The position numbers were made by a program, and so were the translations under genes. DNA of 62,937 bases, counting the filler. It is 8 parts of 8 records of this genome, joined end to end, with 100 filler letters (N's around TTAATTAATTAA, not from the genome) between each part and the next. Parts side by side here need not be neighbours in the genome. Positions count along the whole stretch, not along the records: positions 24,611 to 32,362 come from SRR31156797_20356; positions 32,463 to 44,794 come from SRR31156797_20362; 6 more parts are not named here. The stretch is one strand, 5' to 3'. Every line of letters starts with the position of its first letter. The first letter of the stretch is position 1. Below, piece after piece: positions 28,789 through 39,900 of the stretch. The notes under the pieces are model-generated. The model was given only the letters and a program-made list of their open reading frames with translations, searched no databases and was not told the origin of the DNA.

Positions 28789-31284
28789 ATGAAACCTGTA
28801 AGAATCCAAATTATCCTGGGTATTTTGGCGACGGCGTTCTTGATTAATGTCAGCTATATCACTGATGCAAGCGCATGGTGGTGGTGGTACAAAGGACCTT
28901 GGTATATGTACTATAGCCCTCACAATATGCATATACTCGTTGAAACGGATAGCGGGATTGATGATGATGATAACCACAGGTATCTCGAACTCACCTGTTT
29001 ATGTGGTGATGGGTGTAACGACGAACCAAAGGTGGGATACAGCCGTAAGAAAATCGAAATAAATAATGCGAGAGATCGCTGGGTATGGAATATGTATGCG
29101 CACGATCTTACACCCGATTGTCAATATGAGGTGACTTTCTCTTACAGAGAAACATGGATCGATGAATGGCACTATGTAGGGGGCTATTTCTGGACCCCCC
29201 CTGAGGGGAATCCGTCAGAAATGGAGTTTTACGCTTTTGGCGATCAGAGGGCCCTCGATGACTCAAACAAGGATGTAGTGGAGAAAGTTTCTGAAGCAGT
29301 TATGAACCATAAGGGTAAAAAGACGTTTATCCTCAATAGTGGAGATATTGCGTATATGGGCGGTTATAAATTTGAGGATCATGATTACTGGAAACACTAT
29401 TTTAGGAATGACCATACTAGGGACCTGTTAAGTGAAATGCCCATGTTTCCTTCAATAGGCAACCACGATATGGATAATGGCAGCGGTTATGATGATGGCG
29501 ACGCTACCAATTATACAAGATATTTCCCTTACACTGATATAACGGATGACCCGTCAAAGGTCTATTATCATAGACAATGGGGCCGTGTGAATATCTATTC
29601 TCTTACATCATTCCCAATGAACACCAATCACTACTGTTCCACTCACAATGACAATTACAAACCTAAAGATAAAGGTGGTACAGGCCAGTATGATTGGCTG
29701 GAAGGAAAACTTAAAGAAATCGAGGATGACCCATATCAATGGAAAATTGTCATGATGCATGCCCCGATATACAGCCCGGATGCCTGCAACAACCAGGACG
29801 ATGCAAAGGACTGGTTGGTCCCTCTTTTCAAGAAGTACGAAGTCGATATGTTTGTCGGTGGACACAACCATTATTATGCCAGAACCACGCATAGCGGCGG
29901 CATCACCTATCTTATTCTGGGTGGTGCTGGCGGAGGACTGTCCCTTAGTAAGTGTTGCAGAACGAATGGGGAAACGGGATGCGATGATGACCAAAAAGAG
30001 AACCCTTGTAAGAGCTTTGATCCCGATCTTGTCATGAATAAACACCATTTTGTCTATTTCAAGCTAAGTGGCGATGTCCTGACAGGTGAAGTGTTTGATG
30101 AAAATAATAATTTAATTGATAAGTTTGAAATTGACAAGTCGCCGACAGCAGGTTTTGGTTTTACCCACCAAGCGAGCGAGTCGCGGGGTGCCAAAGGGTT
30201 TCTGAAAGTGGGAGCGTCTCCAGATGCGGGAGGCCCTCCACCCCTTACCGTCAAATTCACGGATACATCAACCGGGAAGCGGCATCGATATCAATGGGAT
30301 TTTGGTGATGGTACTGTAACAGAAGTCTTGAACGGTATTGATGCCTCCACTGAGCATACCTATACGAAAGAGGGGACCTATACGGTCAAGCTGTCTATTT
30401 GGAGCGCCTACGGCAGCCATGTCCACACCAAAACCGCCGCAATTAATGTCTACAATATGGCAAACTTCAGTGCTGATCCATTAGAAGTTGCGATACAACA
30501 GCCGGTCACCTTTACGGACAAGTCCGCTGGAAATGTGACAGAATGGACCTGGGACTTTGGCGACGGGAACACCTCAACTGAACGAAACCCGGTTCACCCA
30601 TACACGAAGAGTGGCATCTTCCCCGTAAAACTCACCATTAATCGCGGCAGTGCCGGCACAAGAACCACGGTCACAACAAAGCACGGCTATATCAAGGTTA
30701 AACCATATGCTGACTTTAGCTATCATGTTTCTGCGCCAGCTTCTGATCCCGGTTCCTCTGATGAAGCAGTTTACGAGACACATTTTTTCAATAAATCCGC
30801 TGGTGGCAATCTGACATATAACTGGGATTTCGGCGATGCCACGACTTCAAGCGGAGCAAATCCGACTCATAATTACGATACCATCTGCGAGCGCGTGGTA
30901 CTCACCGTGAGCGATGGGAAAAACCTGGACTCAAGGGCAAAATATATTGAATTGGGTTCCGGCATGCCGTCCCTTAAACAGGCTGATGATCGTCTGGTGG
31001 TGGAACTTAACAATATCCTTTGTCAGGGAGAGCATTATAAGGCGACACTGGTATCAGAGGATCATCATATCTATTCTTTGGTGGATGATTCTGTTGCTGA
31101 CGCAAGTCAAACATTCTACGTTCAGGCGACGGTTTCCGAAGACATGGGGATCCATATCCCTGAGATCTTCTTTGACGCTAAAAGCTGGAATATGAAACTG
31201 AAGTACATACCAGACCCTGATAAACTGATGTGGGAAGTGGAAACCTTTGAGGAAAACGTAACCGTTCCCATGATTTTCAGATGA
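28789..31284 (+). CDS. Secreted metallophosphoesterase (purple acid phosphatase-like) with PKD domains
   Basis: FGD, SGDIAY, IGNHD, MMHAP and GHNHYY motifs; three WDFGD PKD repeats; strong RBS. Confidence 0.9.
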   Translation: MKPVRIQIILGILATAFLINVSYITDASAWWWWYKGPWYMYYSPHNMHILVETDSGIDDDDNHRYLELTCLCGDGCNDEPKVGYSRKKIEINNARDRWVWNMYAHDLTPDCQYEVTFSYRETWIDEWHYVGGYFWTPPEGNPSEMEFYAFGDQRALDDSNKDVVEKVSEAVMNHKGKKTFILNSGDIAYMGGYKFEDHDYWKHYFRNDHTRDLLSEMPMFPSIGNHDMDNGSGYDDGDATNYTRYFPYTDITDDPSKVYYHRQWGRVNIYSLTSFPMNTNHYCSTHNDNYKPKDKGGTGQYDWLEGKLKEIEDDPYQWKIVMMHAPIYSPDACNNQDDAKDWLVPLFKKYEVDMFVGGHNHYYARTTHSGGITYLILGGAGGGLSLSKCCRTNGETGCDDDQKENPCKSFDPDLVMNKHHFVYFKLSGDVLTGEVFDENNNLIDKFEIDKSPTAGFGFTHQASESRGAKGFLKVGASPDAGGPPPLTVKFTDTSTGKRHRYQWDFGDGTVTEVLNGIDASTEHTYTKEGTYTVKLSIWSAYGSHVHTKTAAINVYNMANFSADPLEVAIQQPVTFTDKSAGNVTEWTWDFGDGNTSTERNPVHPYTKSGIFPVKLTINRGSAGTRTTVTTKHGYIKVKPYADFSYHVSAPASDPGSSDEAVYETHFFNKSAGGNLTYNWDFGDATTSSGANPTHNYDTICERVVLTVSDGKNLDSRAKYIELGSGMPSLKQADDRLVVELNNILCQGEHYKATLVSEDHHIYSLVDDSVADASQTFYVQATVSEDMGIHIPEIFFDAKSWNMKLKYIPDPDKLMWEVETFEENVTVPMIFR

Positions 31285-32288
31285 TACTTTTACGGAAGCT
31301 AACACCGTACAAACCCTTCAAAAAGCCTTACGGAACCTTTCTGATAACTATAACAGAAGGCTTAAACAAGGGTGCTGGTCAGGTGGCATCCGCCTTCGAG
31401 GAGGTATCGGGTTCCAGTCAGTCCTTGGCTGAAGGGTCGTCTGAACAGGCCGCGTCCATTGAGGAGACATCGGCATCATTGGAAGAGATGTCTTCCATGG
31501 CCAACCAGACTGCGGATAATGCCTCCATGGCAGACAGCCTCATGGAAGAAGCGAATCAGGTGATCGCGGAAGCCAATCAGTCTATGACTGACCTCACCCA
31601 TAGCATGAATGAAATCTCAAAAGCCAGCCAAGAAACATCCAAAATAATCAAAACAATTGACGAAATAGCGTTTCAAACGAATCTGTTAGCGCTTAATGCA
31701 GCAGTTGGGGCAGCCAGAGCTGGAGAGGCAGGAGCTGGGTTTGCTGTTGTAGCCGACGAGGTGAGAAATCTTGCTCTCAGGGCGGCGGATGCGGCCAAAA
31801 ACACGGCCGAGCTTATAGAAGGTACGCTAAAGAGGGTGGCGGATGGCACAACGGTGGTAGAGAAAACAAACGTCGAGTTCGGCAAGGTGGCGGAAAGCGC
31901 CACAAAGGTGGGTGAACTGGTCAGTGAGATCTCGGCCGCTTCCAAAGAGCAAGCCCAGGGTATTGACCAGGTGAATACTGCCGTGACTGAGATGGACAAG
32001 GTCACCCAGGCAAATGCAGCCACTGCAGAGGAATCGGCTGCCGCCTCAGAGGAAATGAACGCGCAGGCGGAACAAATGAGGAGTTATATGGGCGACCTGG
32101 TAGACCTGGTAAGCGGAAAGTCGGGGCAGCCAGCAATGAGCAGCGATCGGCAGGTGCATAAAAAAGCCACTGCGGTCAAGAAGTCGACCCTCAGAAAAAC
32201 AAAAGCCCTTGGGGCACCGAAAAAGAAAGAAGGGACCAAGCCAGAAGACGTTATCCCGTTGGACGAAGACAACCTCACAGATTTTTAA
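31281..32288 (+). pseudogene. 5'-truncated methyl-accepting chemotaxis protein (signalling domain only)
   Basis: [57 protein letters not shown] tail. No TM or sensor region; AAVE is changed to AAVG. Confidence 0.7.
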
Positions 32289-32362
32289 TTCTAAAGGCGG
32301 ATATGGTGTTTTACGGTTCTCCTTTTTGATGAGGCCATACAACATGTAGTGGTGATGGTATT

Positions 32363-32462
32363 NNNNNNNNNNNNNNNNNNNNNNNNNNNNNNNNNNNNNN
32401 NNNNNNTTAATTAATTAANNNNNNNNNNNNNNNNNNNNNNNNNNNNNNNNNNNNNNNNNNNN
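32363..32462. other. Artificial contig linker
   Basis: Same structure. Confidence 0.98.
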
Positions 32463-32717
32463 TGCATACTGACGAATTGTCCAGGGACGCATGGCGTACA
32501 TAGCAGAATAAGGTCCGCGTAAATATGGAGCCAAACCTGCAGCATATTTCAAATGCTTCATTCCGGCCAAATCGTCTTTACTATATACTGGTTTTACCGG
32601 GATTTTTTCCGGAGTATCCCAGTTTGCTGCAATTTTATTGGCATCAGCCCATGCTTTTCCAGTTGCAGCTTCAGACTTTAATTTTGTAAAATCTATATTA
32701 TCAAATTTAGGTCTCAT
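32463..32717 (-). CDS. mutB: Methylmalonyl-CoA mutase large subunit, N-terminal part (contig end)
   Basis: WDTPEKIPVKPVY...PYLRGPYSAMYAMRPWTIRQYA. Confidence 0.93.
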
Positions 32718-32742
32718 AATTTTCTTTTTTAAGTTCCCTGAA

Positions 32743-34620
32743 TTACAATAATCCAAGCTGTTTTTGGAAAGTTTCTAGTGTTTCAAGTACGTTTGACTTG
32801 ATGTGAATAAAATGCTTCACACCTGCTGCTTTTAATTGCTCCATGCTATCTTTTGGATAACCTGCAACAACCACAGTCGCTTTACCTTCCAGTTGTTTCA
32901 CAGCTTCAGGAGCAATATTTGGATACTCATCATCTGAGCTACAAAGCACTACAATATCAGCATTAGCTTCCATAGCTGCTTTTACACCATCCTCAATTGT
33001 TTCGAACCCATGATTATCAATTGTTTTGAAACCACCAATTGCGAAAAAGTTTTGAGAGAATTGTGAGCGAGCTAATCTCATTGCTAAGTTTCCGTAGGTC
33101 AACATAAATACAGTTGGGCGCTTGTTTTCTTTTGCATACACATCCGTACGGTGACGCATTTTTTCAAACTCTTGTGGTCCGCGGTAGATTACCAAACCTT
33201 GTGTTTCTGCATCAGCTTTCGTATAATCTTTTGCTTCGAAAAGTTCAGCACTATAATTTTCTTTTGTTTCATCGAAATTTGGGAAATCATTGGTTCCAAG
33301 AAATTTCTCTTTGCGCAATGCAATGGCTTCGCTGCGTTTTGAAACTGTATCTCTCAATCGTTTCTGGAATTCTCCTTTTCGATAAGAAGCAATAAATCCG
33401 CCTTCATTCTCTATATTTAAGAAAATTTTCCAGGCTTCTTCAATGAGTTTATGAGTTAATGTTTCGATATAATATGAACCACCAGCCGGATCAACAATAT
33501 TTTTAAAGTAAGACTCTTCTTTTAAAATAATCTGCTGGTTGCGGGCAATACGTTCTGATTGTATTGAGGCATCTTCATAAAAGTTGAAAGGATCAACTGT
33601 TAAAGATTCAACTCCGCCTAAAGAGGCCGACATGGCTTCAGTTGTAGAGCGAAGTGTGTTCACATAAGGATCGTAAACCGACTTGCTCCATGTGCTTGTT
33701 TGTGCATGAATGTGCATTTGACAAGCTTGCTTTTCTATACCATATTTTTCGGCTATTTGTGCCCATAGATATCTTGCCGCCCTGAACTTTGCAATTTCCA
33801 TAAAATAAGTAGTTCCCACACCAAAGTGAAAACGCAACTTACTATTTATCAAAGCTGCATTTAATCCAGCTTCAGTCAATTTTGCGAGGTATTCACTACC
33901 CATAGCTAAGGTTATTCCTAATTCTTCAGCAATGGTTACACCTGCATTTTTAAAATAATTACTGTGAACAGTAATGAGTTTAAATTCAGTTGCACCTTTT
34001 GTTTTTTCGATAAGACTCTTAGCGTCATCAAACAATTTTTGCTCCTGATCGCAGAATTTTCCGTACAAAGCAAAATGTCCGATTGGATCAAAATTTACGG
34101 ATGATCTGAGTTCTTCAATATTCTTATTATTTTTTTCAGCGTAGTTTAAGAAAAGCTCAGCAATATTTGCAGCATCATGTGGTGCTACAAAATTAACTTC
34201 AATGGCTTCAAGGCAAATATCTTTTAACAGAGCTTCGAAGTCTGCTGCCTTAACAAGCTGGCCTTCTTCAAAAACGAAACCAATTGATTCGACACCTTTA
34301 TTGAGTACTTCCAATGCTTTTTTATTGGCTGCCTTCATATCTTTTGCACTGATATCCTGACGTATTAACCAATCATTGTCGTGTTTTTTATTTCCACGCA
34401 CGAATGGAAATTCACCGGGATTGCAATCTAGGTATGCAAGTTTTTCCAGATCTTCTTCTCTGTATAAAGGTTCAACCTCGAAGCCTTCCTGTGTTCGCCA
34501 AACCAACTTTTTATTATAGTCGGCGCCTTTCAGGTCGGCAATAATTTTTTCCTTCCACTCTTTGGTAGAGATTGGAGGGAATTGTTCAAACAACTTTTTT
34601 GTCTCTTCTGCTTTTGACAT
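32743..34620 (-). CDS. mutA: Methylmalonyl-CoA mutase small subunit
   Basis: DLKGADYNKKLVW, PGEFPFVRG, FMEIAKFRAAR, DPAGGSYYIE, CSSDDEY. Confidence 0.93.
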   Translation of the reverse strand: MSKAEETKKLFEQFPPISTKEWKEKIIADLKGADYNKKLVWRTQEGFEVEPLYREEDLEKLAYLDCNPGEFPFVRGNKKHDNDWLIRQDISAKDMKAANKKALEVLNKGVESIGFVFEEGQLVKAADFEALLKDICLEAIEVNFVAPHDAANIAELFLNYAEKNNKNIEELRSSVNFDPIGHFALYGKFCDQEQKLFDDAKSLIEKTKGATEFKLITVHSNYFKNAGVTIAEELGITLAMGSEYLAKLTEAGLNAALINSKLRFHFGVGTTYFMEIAKFRAARYLWAQIAEKYGIEKQACQMHIHAQTSTWSKSVYDPYVNTLRSTTEAMSASLGGVESLTVDPFNFYEDASIQSERIARNQQIILKEESYFKNIVDPAGGSYYIETLTHKLIEEAWKIFLNIENEGGFIASYRKGEFQKRLRDTVSKRSEAIALRKEKFLGTNDFPNFDETKENYSAELFEAKDYTKADAETQGLVIYRGPQEFEKMRHRTDVYAKENKRPTVFMLTYGNLAMRLARSQFSQNFFAIGGFKTIDNHGFETIEDGVKAAMEANADIVVLCSSDDEYPNIAPEAVKQLEGKATVVVAGYPKDSMEQLKAAGVKHFIHIKSNVLETLETFQKQLGLL

Positions 34621-34644
34621 AAGTGGCTTATTTTAATTAGATTG

Positions 34645-34700
34645 CAAATCTATAGTGTTTTTACCATAACTCGTATGAATTTTATCATGTTTTTTGTCAT
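34645..34700 (-). promoter_or_regulatory. Bacteroidetes -7 box (TAGATTTG) with upstream TGA-N6-TCA-like sites
   Basis: CAAATCTA at 34645-34652; ATGAATTTTATCAT and ATGTTTTTTGTCAT at 34675-34700. Confidence 0.5.
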
Positions 34701-34770
34701 ATTTTGGATAAAAAAATCTCAGTTTTTCCTATAAAATTGGGTAAATTCGCATGAATAAATAATTTGAATT

Positions 34771-36504
34771 ATGAGAAGATCAATTTTAATTATCGCTGTT
34801 TTATTAATTGCTGGATTTTTATGTGGTGATTTGTTTGCTCAATTACAGCACGTTGAGAAAAAATGGAAGAATGGTAATGTGGCCATGAAAGGAATGATGA
34901 AAGATGGATTTGAATGGGGAAAGTGGGAGTATTTTGATAAAAACGGTAATTTAATTCAAGTGACCGAATATGAAGCAGGAGTCGTAGATGGTGAAGTAAT
35001 ATATTATTACGATGATGGTAAAATTGAAACACGTGGGCATTTTAAGAATGGTGTAAAAACGGGAAAATATGAAGCCTGGTATGCTTCAGGTAAACCTGAA
35101 GAGGTTGGATATTTCAAAAAGAATCTAAAAGATAGCTTGTGGGAATATTATTACTCAAATGGACAGATTGAGAAAAAAGTATATTATAAAAATGGGCAAG
35201 AATTTTCAATAAATTTTTATAAAATGGACGGTACTCAGATGGTTGAGAATGGTACCGGTGAATTTGAGACTTTTTATAAGCCCGAATTTCCCAAAGAAAA
35301 AGGTTCTTATAAAGATAGTTTATTGCATGGGCCCTATGTTAAGTGGTATAGTAATGGCAATAAAATGAGTGAGGGCACATATGAAAATGGTGAACAGATA
35401 GGTGAGTGGACACAATGGTACCGTACTGGTGAAAAAATGAGTACCCATAATTATCAGTCAGGGAAAAATGTGGAATGGTACAAGAATGGTAACCAACGTA
35501 TGATTGGCATATTAGAAAATGGCGAAAAAGAAGGGAAATGGTCTTTCTGGACACCAGATGGGACACTTTTACGAATGGCTGAGTATAAGAATGGTAAATA
35601 CCATGGCTTACTTAAGGAGTATAATGAAAAAGGTGATTTGCAACGCAAGATGCAATTTATTGAAGGGAAACCAGATGGAGATGCAGAATGGTATTTTGAG
35701 GATGGTAGTGTTGATATGAAGGGACAATTTAAAGATTCATTACAGGATGGTCTATGGACTTATTATAGAACTGATGGTAACAAGGGGAATGAAGGAAGCT
35801 ATGTGCGAGGCAAAATGGATGGTAAATGGACCTGGTGGTATCAAAATGGAAAGGTTTGGAAAATAGGCCACTATAAGATGGGTAGTAAAGATGGTGAATG
35901 GAAATATTTTTACGAAGATGGGACACTATTTAAGAAAGGATCGTTTTCAGATGGTACGGAAAATGGTTTATGGGAAACCTGGTATGAGGACGGGAAGCTT
36001 AAGCACAAGGGTGTCTTTTTAAATGGCAAGATGCATGAAGTATGGACAGGATGGTATAAAAATGGGAATAAAACATATGAAGTTTCTTATAATCAGGGTG
36101 TAAATGAAGGTCCAGCTTTATATTGGTATGAAAATGGTAATCCTAAGCTGGAAAAACATTACAAGGATACAGTTTTACATGGGGAGTTTAAAGCCTGGCA
36201 AGAAAATGGGAAGCCAACTGTATCTGGTACTTATGTGAATGATAAGAAAGATGGAAAGTGGCTCTATTTTGATTTATTAAACCCTGAACTTTTAATACGG
36301 GAGGAATTTTATAAGAATGGTAAACCTGATGGTAAATGGATTACCAGATATAAATATGGAAGTGTTGAGAGCATTAAGAACTTTAAAAATGGAAAAAAGA
36401 ATGGCTTAATTAAATATATGAAACCAGATGGTGAGGTTGTATACGAAGCTATTTTTAAAGATGATAAACTGGTAAAATTAAAAGTTGATAAAAAACGGAA
36501 ATAA
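34771..36504 (+). CDS. Exported MORN-variant repeat protein (YwqK-like)
   Basis: Signal peptide, then many ~24-aa G.W..WY.NG......G.Y repeats. Confidence 0.9.
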   Translation: MRRSILIIAVLLIAGFLCGDLFAQLQHVEKKWKNGNVAMKGMMKDGFEWGKWEYFDKNGNLIQVTEYEAGVVDGEVIYYYDDGKIETRGHFKNGVKTGKYEAWYASGKPEEVGYFKKNLKDSLWEYYYSNGQIEKKVYYKNGQEFSINFYKMDGTQMVENGTGEFETFYKPEFPKEKGSYKDSLLHGPYVKWYSNGNKMSEGTYENGEQIGEWTQWYRTGEKMSTHNYQSGKNVEWYKNGNQRMIGILENGEKEGKWSFWTPDGTLLRMAEYKNGKYHGLLKEYNEKGDLQRKMQFIEGKPDGDAEWYFEDGSVDMKGQFKDSLQDGLWTYYRTDGNKGNEGSYVRGKMDGKWTWWYQNGKVWKIGHYKMGSKDGEWKYFYEDGTLFKKGSFSDGTENGLWETWYEDGKLKHKGVFLNGKMHEVWTGWYKNGNKTYEVSYNQGVNEGPALYWYENGNPKLEKHYKDTVLHGEFKAWQENGKPTVSGTYVNDKKDGKWLYFDLLNPELLIREEFYKNGKPDGKWITRYKYGSVESIKNFKNGKKNGLIKYMKPDGEVVYEAIFKDDKLVKLKVDKKRK

Positions 36505-36533
36505 TTCTGTTTTACATACAAAACTAACGTTAT

Positions 36534-36596
36534 AAGTCAGATTATGATTTTTGTGTTTTCAACAAAAATCAATATTCTGACTTTTCTTTTTTTTTT
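36534..36596 (+). terminator. Long-hairpin terminator
   Basis: AAGTCAGA...TCTGACTT with inner GATTTTTG/CAAAAATC pairing and a long T run. Confidence 0.6.
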
Positions 36597-36922
36597 GCTC
36601 TAATTTTTATTGATTGTAACTATTGTTTAAATACTCGTTGTTTAACTTATTATTAACAGTCTTTATTGTTGTTAAGGTGACATTTGTCATGTTGTGTATT
36701 TTGTTCATTATGAGCTACTTAGTTGGTCTTTAGTGGGTTATGTGAATTGTAAAGAGGTAATATAATCTGCAAATTCGTTTGATTAATAGAAAGTTTTAGT
36801 TAAATTGTGCTATAACTGGGTCGGGAAATTTTTGTTGATTAACTAAGTATTACTGCAATTAAATTGAAAGATAGCTAATGGTTAACTCCACTATATTTAT
36901 TGTTAAATTAAAATCAGTTACA

Positions 36923-39900
36923 ATGAGAAACAGAATTTTATCATTCTTGATGGTATTCTGTGTTATGGCTATTACAGCTAGTGCACAGCAATACGGAAAG
37001 ATTGTTGACCAATTCGATGAGAAGGAGACGGTCAATGTTTTGAAACCGGATTTAAACAAGAAGGTTTTTATACCTTTTAAATCAAATGAGGCAATGGCCT
37101 CAAAGGTTACTTTTATTTCGGAATCATTTGATACAGAGATTCCTGATACATGGACAATTAATAATACAGGAACAGGTACATATCCTGGTTGGCTTTGGGC
37201 AGATGTATGGGCCGAAAATGGCATTCCAATGGTTGGTCATGCAGTTATTGACAGCGATGCTAACGGTTCTGGGAATACAACTGCGGGTGAGTTAATAACG
37301 CCTGCATTTGATGCTTCTGGTGCTGCTGGCCTAAAGCTAGAATTTGATGCACGTTATAATGATATTACCGCAGATGGTGGTGATTTATTTACAGTTGATG
37401 TTTATGATGGCACAGATTGGGTAAATGTGGCAACATGGGATGAGGATCATGGTACTAATGATGCTGTTGAGACAGTTACTATTGATATTACTGCTTATGC
37501 TAATGCTGCCTGTCAGGTTCGTTTCGTGTATGCTGATGGTGGCTGGGATTGGTTCGCTGCTGTTGATAATGTGGTAATATTTGAACCAGACCCAACTAAT
37601 TTAAGAGCAATTGATCTTGTAGGAAATCCATTTGTTACTTCTGGACAGGAAGCAACATTTCATGTTATTTATGAGAATATAGGTTCTGAGGTTATATTAG
37701 GTGCTGATTATTCTGTGGAAGTAAAGGATACTCTTGGTAATGTATTAGGAACAGTTGCTGGTGTTGATATTGACCCTGCAACTATTGATACACTTGCTGT
37801 TACGTTTACTGCAGGTCCTGCTGATACTATTGCAATTTATGGTTATGTAAACTTTGCCGGTGATGCAGATGATAGTGATAATGAAACATCTGAAATGGGT
37901 TTCATTATTTTAGTTGAAGGTACTTATGTAGCTCAGGTTGGAATGGATGAAACTTTCCCTCCAAATAGAATTCCTTATGATTTCTTCTATAAAAACAGTG
38001 CTTCTCAAACTATTTATACGCCTGATCAATTAGGAATTGGTGGTGGTCTCATTCAAATGATAGCTTACAAAAATAGCTTTACAACAGATTTATCCGAGGG
38101 TAAGCCTGTAAAAGTTTGGATAGGGGAAACAACCGAAACAGATATGACTAATGGTTGGGTTGATCCTTCAACACTAACATTGGTTTATGACGATACTTTA
38201 ATGTTGCCTGCCGGTGTGAATACTATTCCGATTATGCTTGAAACACCATATGTATACACTGGTGGTAACCTTGTGATTTATACTTACCGTGTATGGGAAG
38301 ATCAATACTACACAACGGGAGATAAATTCTTTGGAACAGAAATACCGGAATCTAATTGTTCACGTCAATATAATTCAGATACAGAATTTCCTGATGATCT
38401 CTCTTCAGTTGAAGGTAATGTGCTAAGTTGGGTTCCAAATACCACTTTGTTCTTCTCAACTGAGGGATTAGGAGGTATTTCAGGTACAATTACAAATACC
38501 GGTGTACCTATTGAAGGTGTAACTGTAAAGGTTGTAGATGGATATGCTTCAACTATGACAGATGCTGACGGTGATTATATTTTCCCATACTTATTGGCTG
38601 GTGATTATGAACTTGCTTTAGATAAGTTTGGATTTGAACCAGATACAATTACAGGTATTACAGTAATTGAAAATGATACCGTTGTGGCTGATGGCACAAT
38701 AGATTCAATTGCAACTTATGCTGTAAGTGGCACAATTACTTCAAGTGACCTTCTGGCTGCTATTGAAGGTGCTGCTGTTACACTAGAAGGTTATGAAAGC
38801 TATCTTGATTCTACTGATGCAAGTGGTATGTTTATGATTGAGGGTGTTTATGGTGGAACAAGAGATTATGTGATGACTGTATCATACCCTGGTTATGAAA
38901 CATTTATGGATACTATTACTGTAGTTGATGGTGACTTAACAGGTGTTGATGTGGTATTGGAAGAAATACCTTACCCTGCATTATCAGTAATGGCTATGAT
39001 TAATGAGTCTGATGAAGCAGAAGTTAATTGGTTAGCTCCTGGTTCATTGATCCCAATGGAATTCCGTTATGATAATGGTATTCAAACAGGTCAATTAGGA
39101 TTATCTTCAGGTGGTACAGATAATACTGTACTTGGCTCTGTTCACAGATATGTTGCTGAATTACATGAAGTGAGTTGGTTGACAACTGCTGAAGGTGGCC
39201 CTCACAATACGGTTAATGTATTTATTTTAGACCTTGATGAAACTGGTGCCCCAACAAGTACAGTACTTTATTCAGCAATGGCGGTTGAAAATACAGATAT
39301 GGAATGGAATGTTCATACTCTACCATCACCAGTTGAAACACCTAACGGATTTATGATTGGAATTAGTTATGCTGGATTTGCTGGTCTTGGTACCACTGAT
39401 CCAGATGATGACTACCCGTTTACCCTTAATACACATTATTACGCTACGGACTATACTAATGGCGAATTTGGAACTGTTGAAGGAATTGGAAATCCAGATC
39501 TTGAAAAACCATTTATGATTCGTGCTTTTGGTTATAGCTTCGGTGAAACAGGTGTTTCTCCTATGGTATTTGGTCAACCTGATCCAAATCATAACTTGGA
39601 GTTCATTGCAAACTCTCCTGTTGAAGTTAAAGCTCCTCAATACAGTGACCTAACTGTGAATACTAAGGAATTTGTTGATTATACTGTTTACAGATTGATG
39701 GAAGGACAAGAAATGGGTGACTGGACAGAAGTAGGAACAAATGTAACAGATACCTCATTTGTTGATACTGACTGGGCTTCTCAAAGCTTTGGTTTATATC
39801 AATATGCTGTTGTGGCAAATTATAGCAATGGAGTATTTTCAGAAGCTACATTATCGAATGTACTTGCTAAAGATATGACCGTTGATTATACAGTAAATGT

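Noticed and set aside
34771-36504. Toxin-antitoxin system implied by YwqK similarity
   Set aside because: Exported MORN-repeat protein with no adjacent toxin gene.
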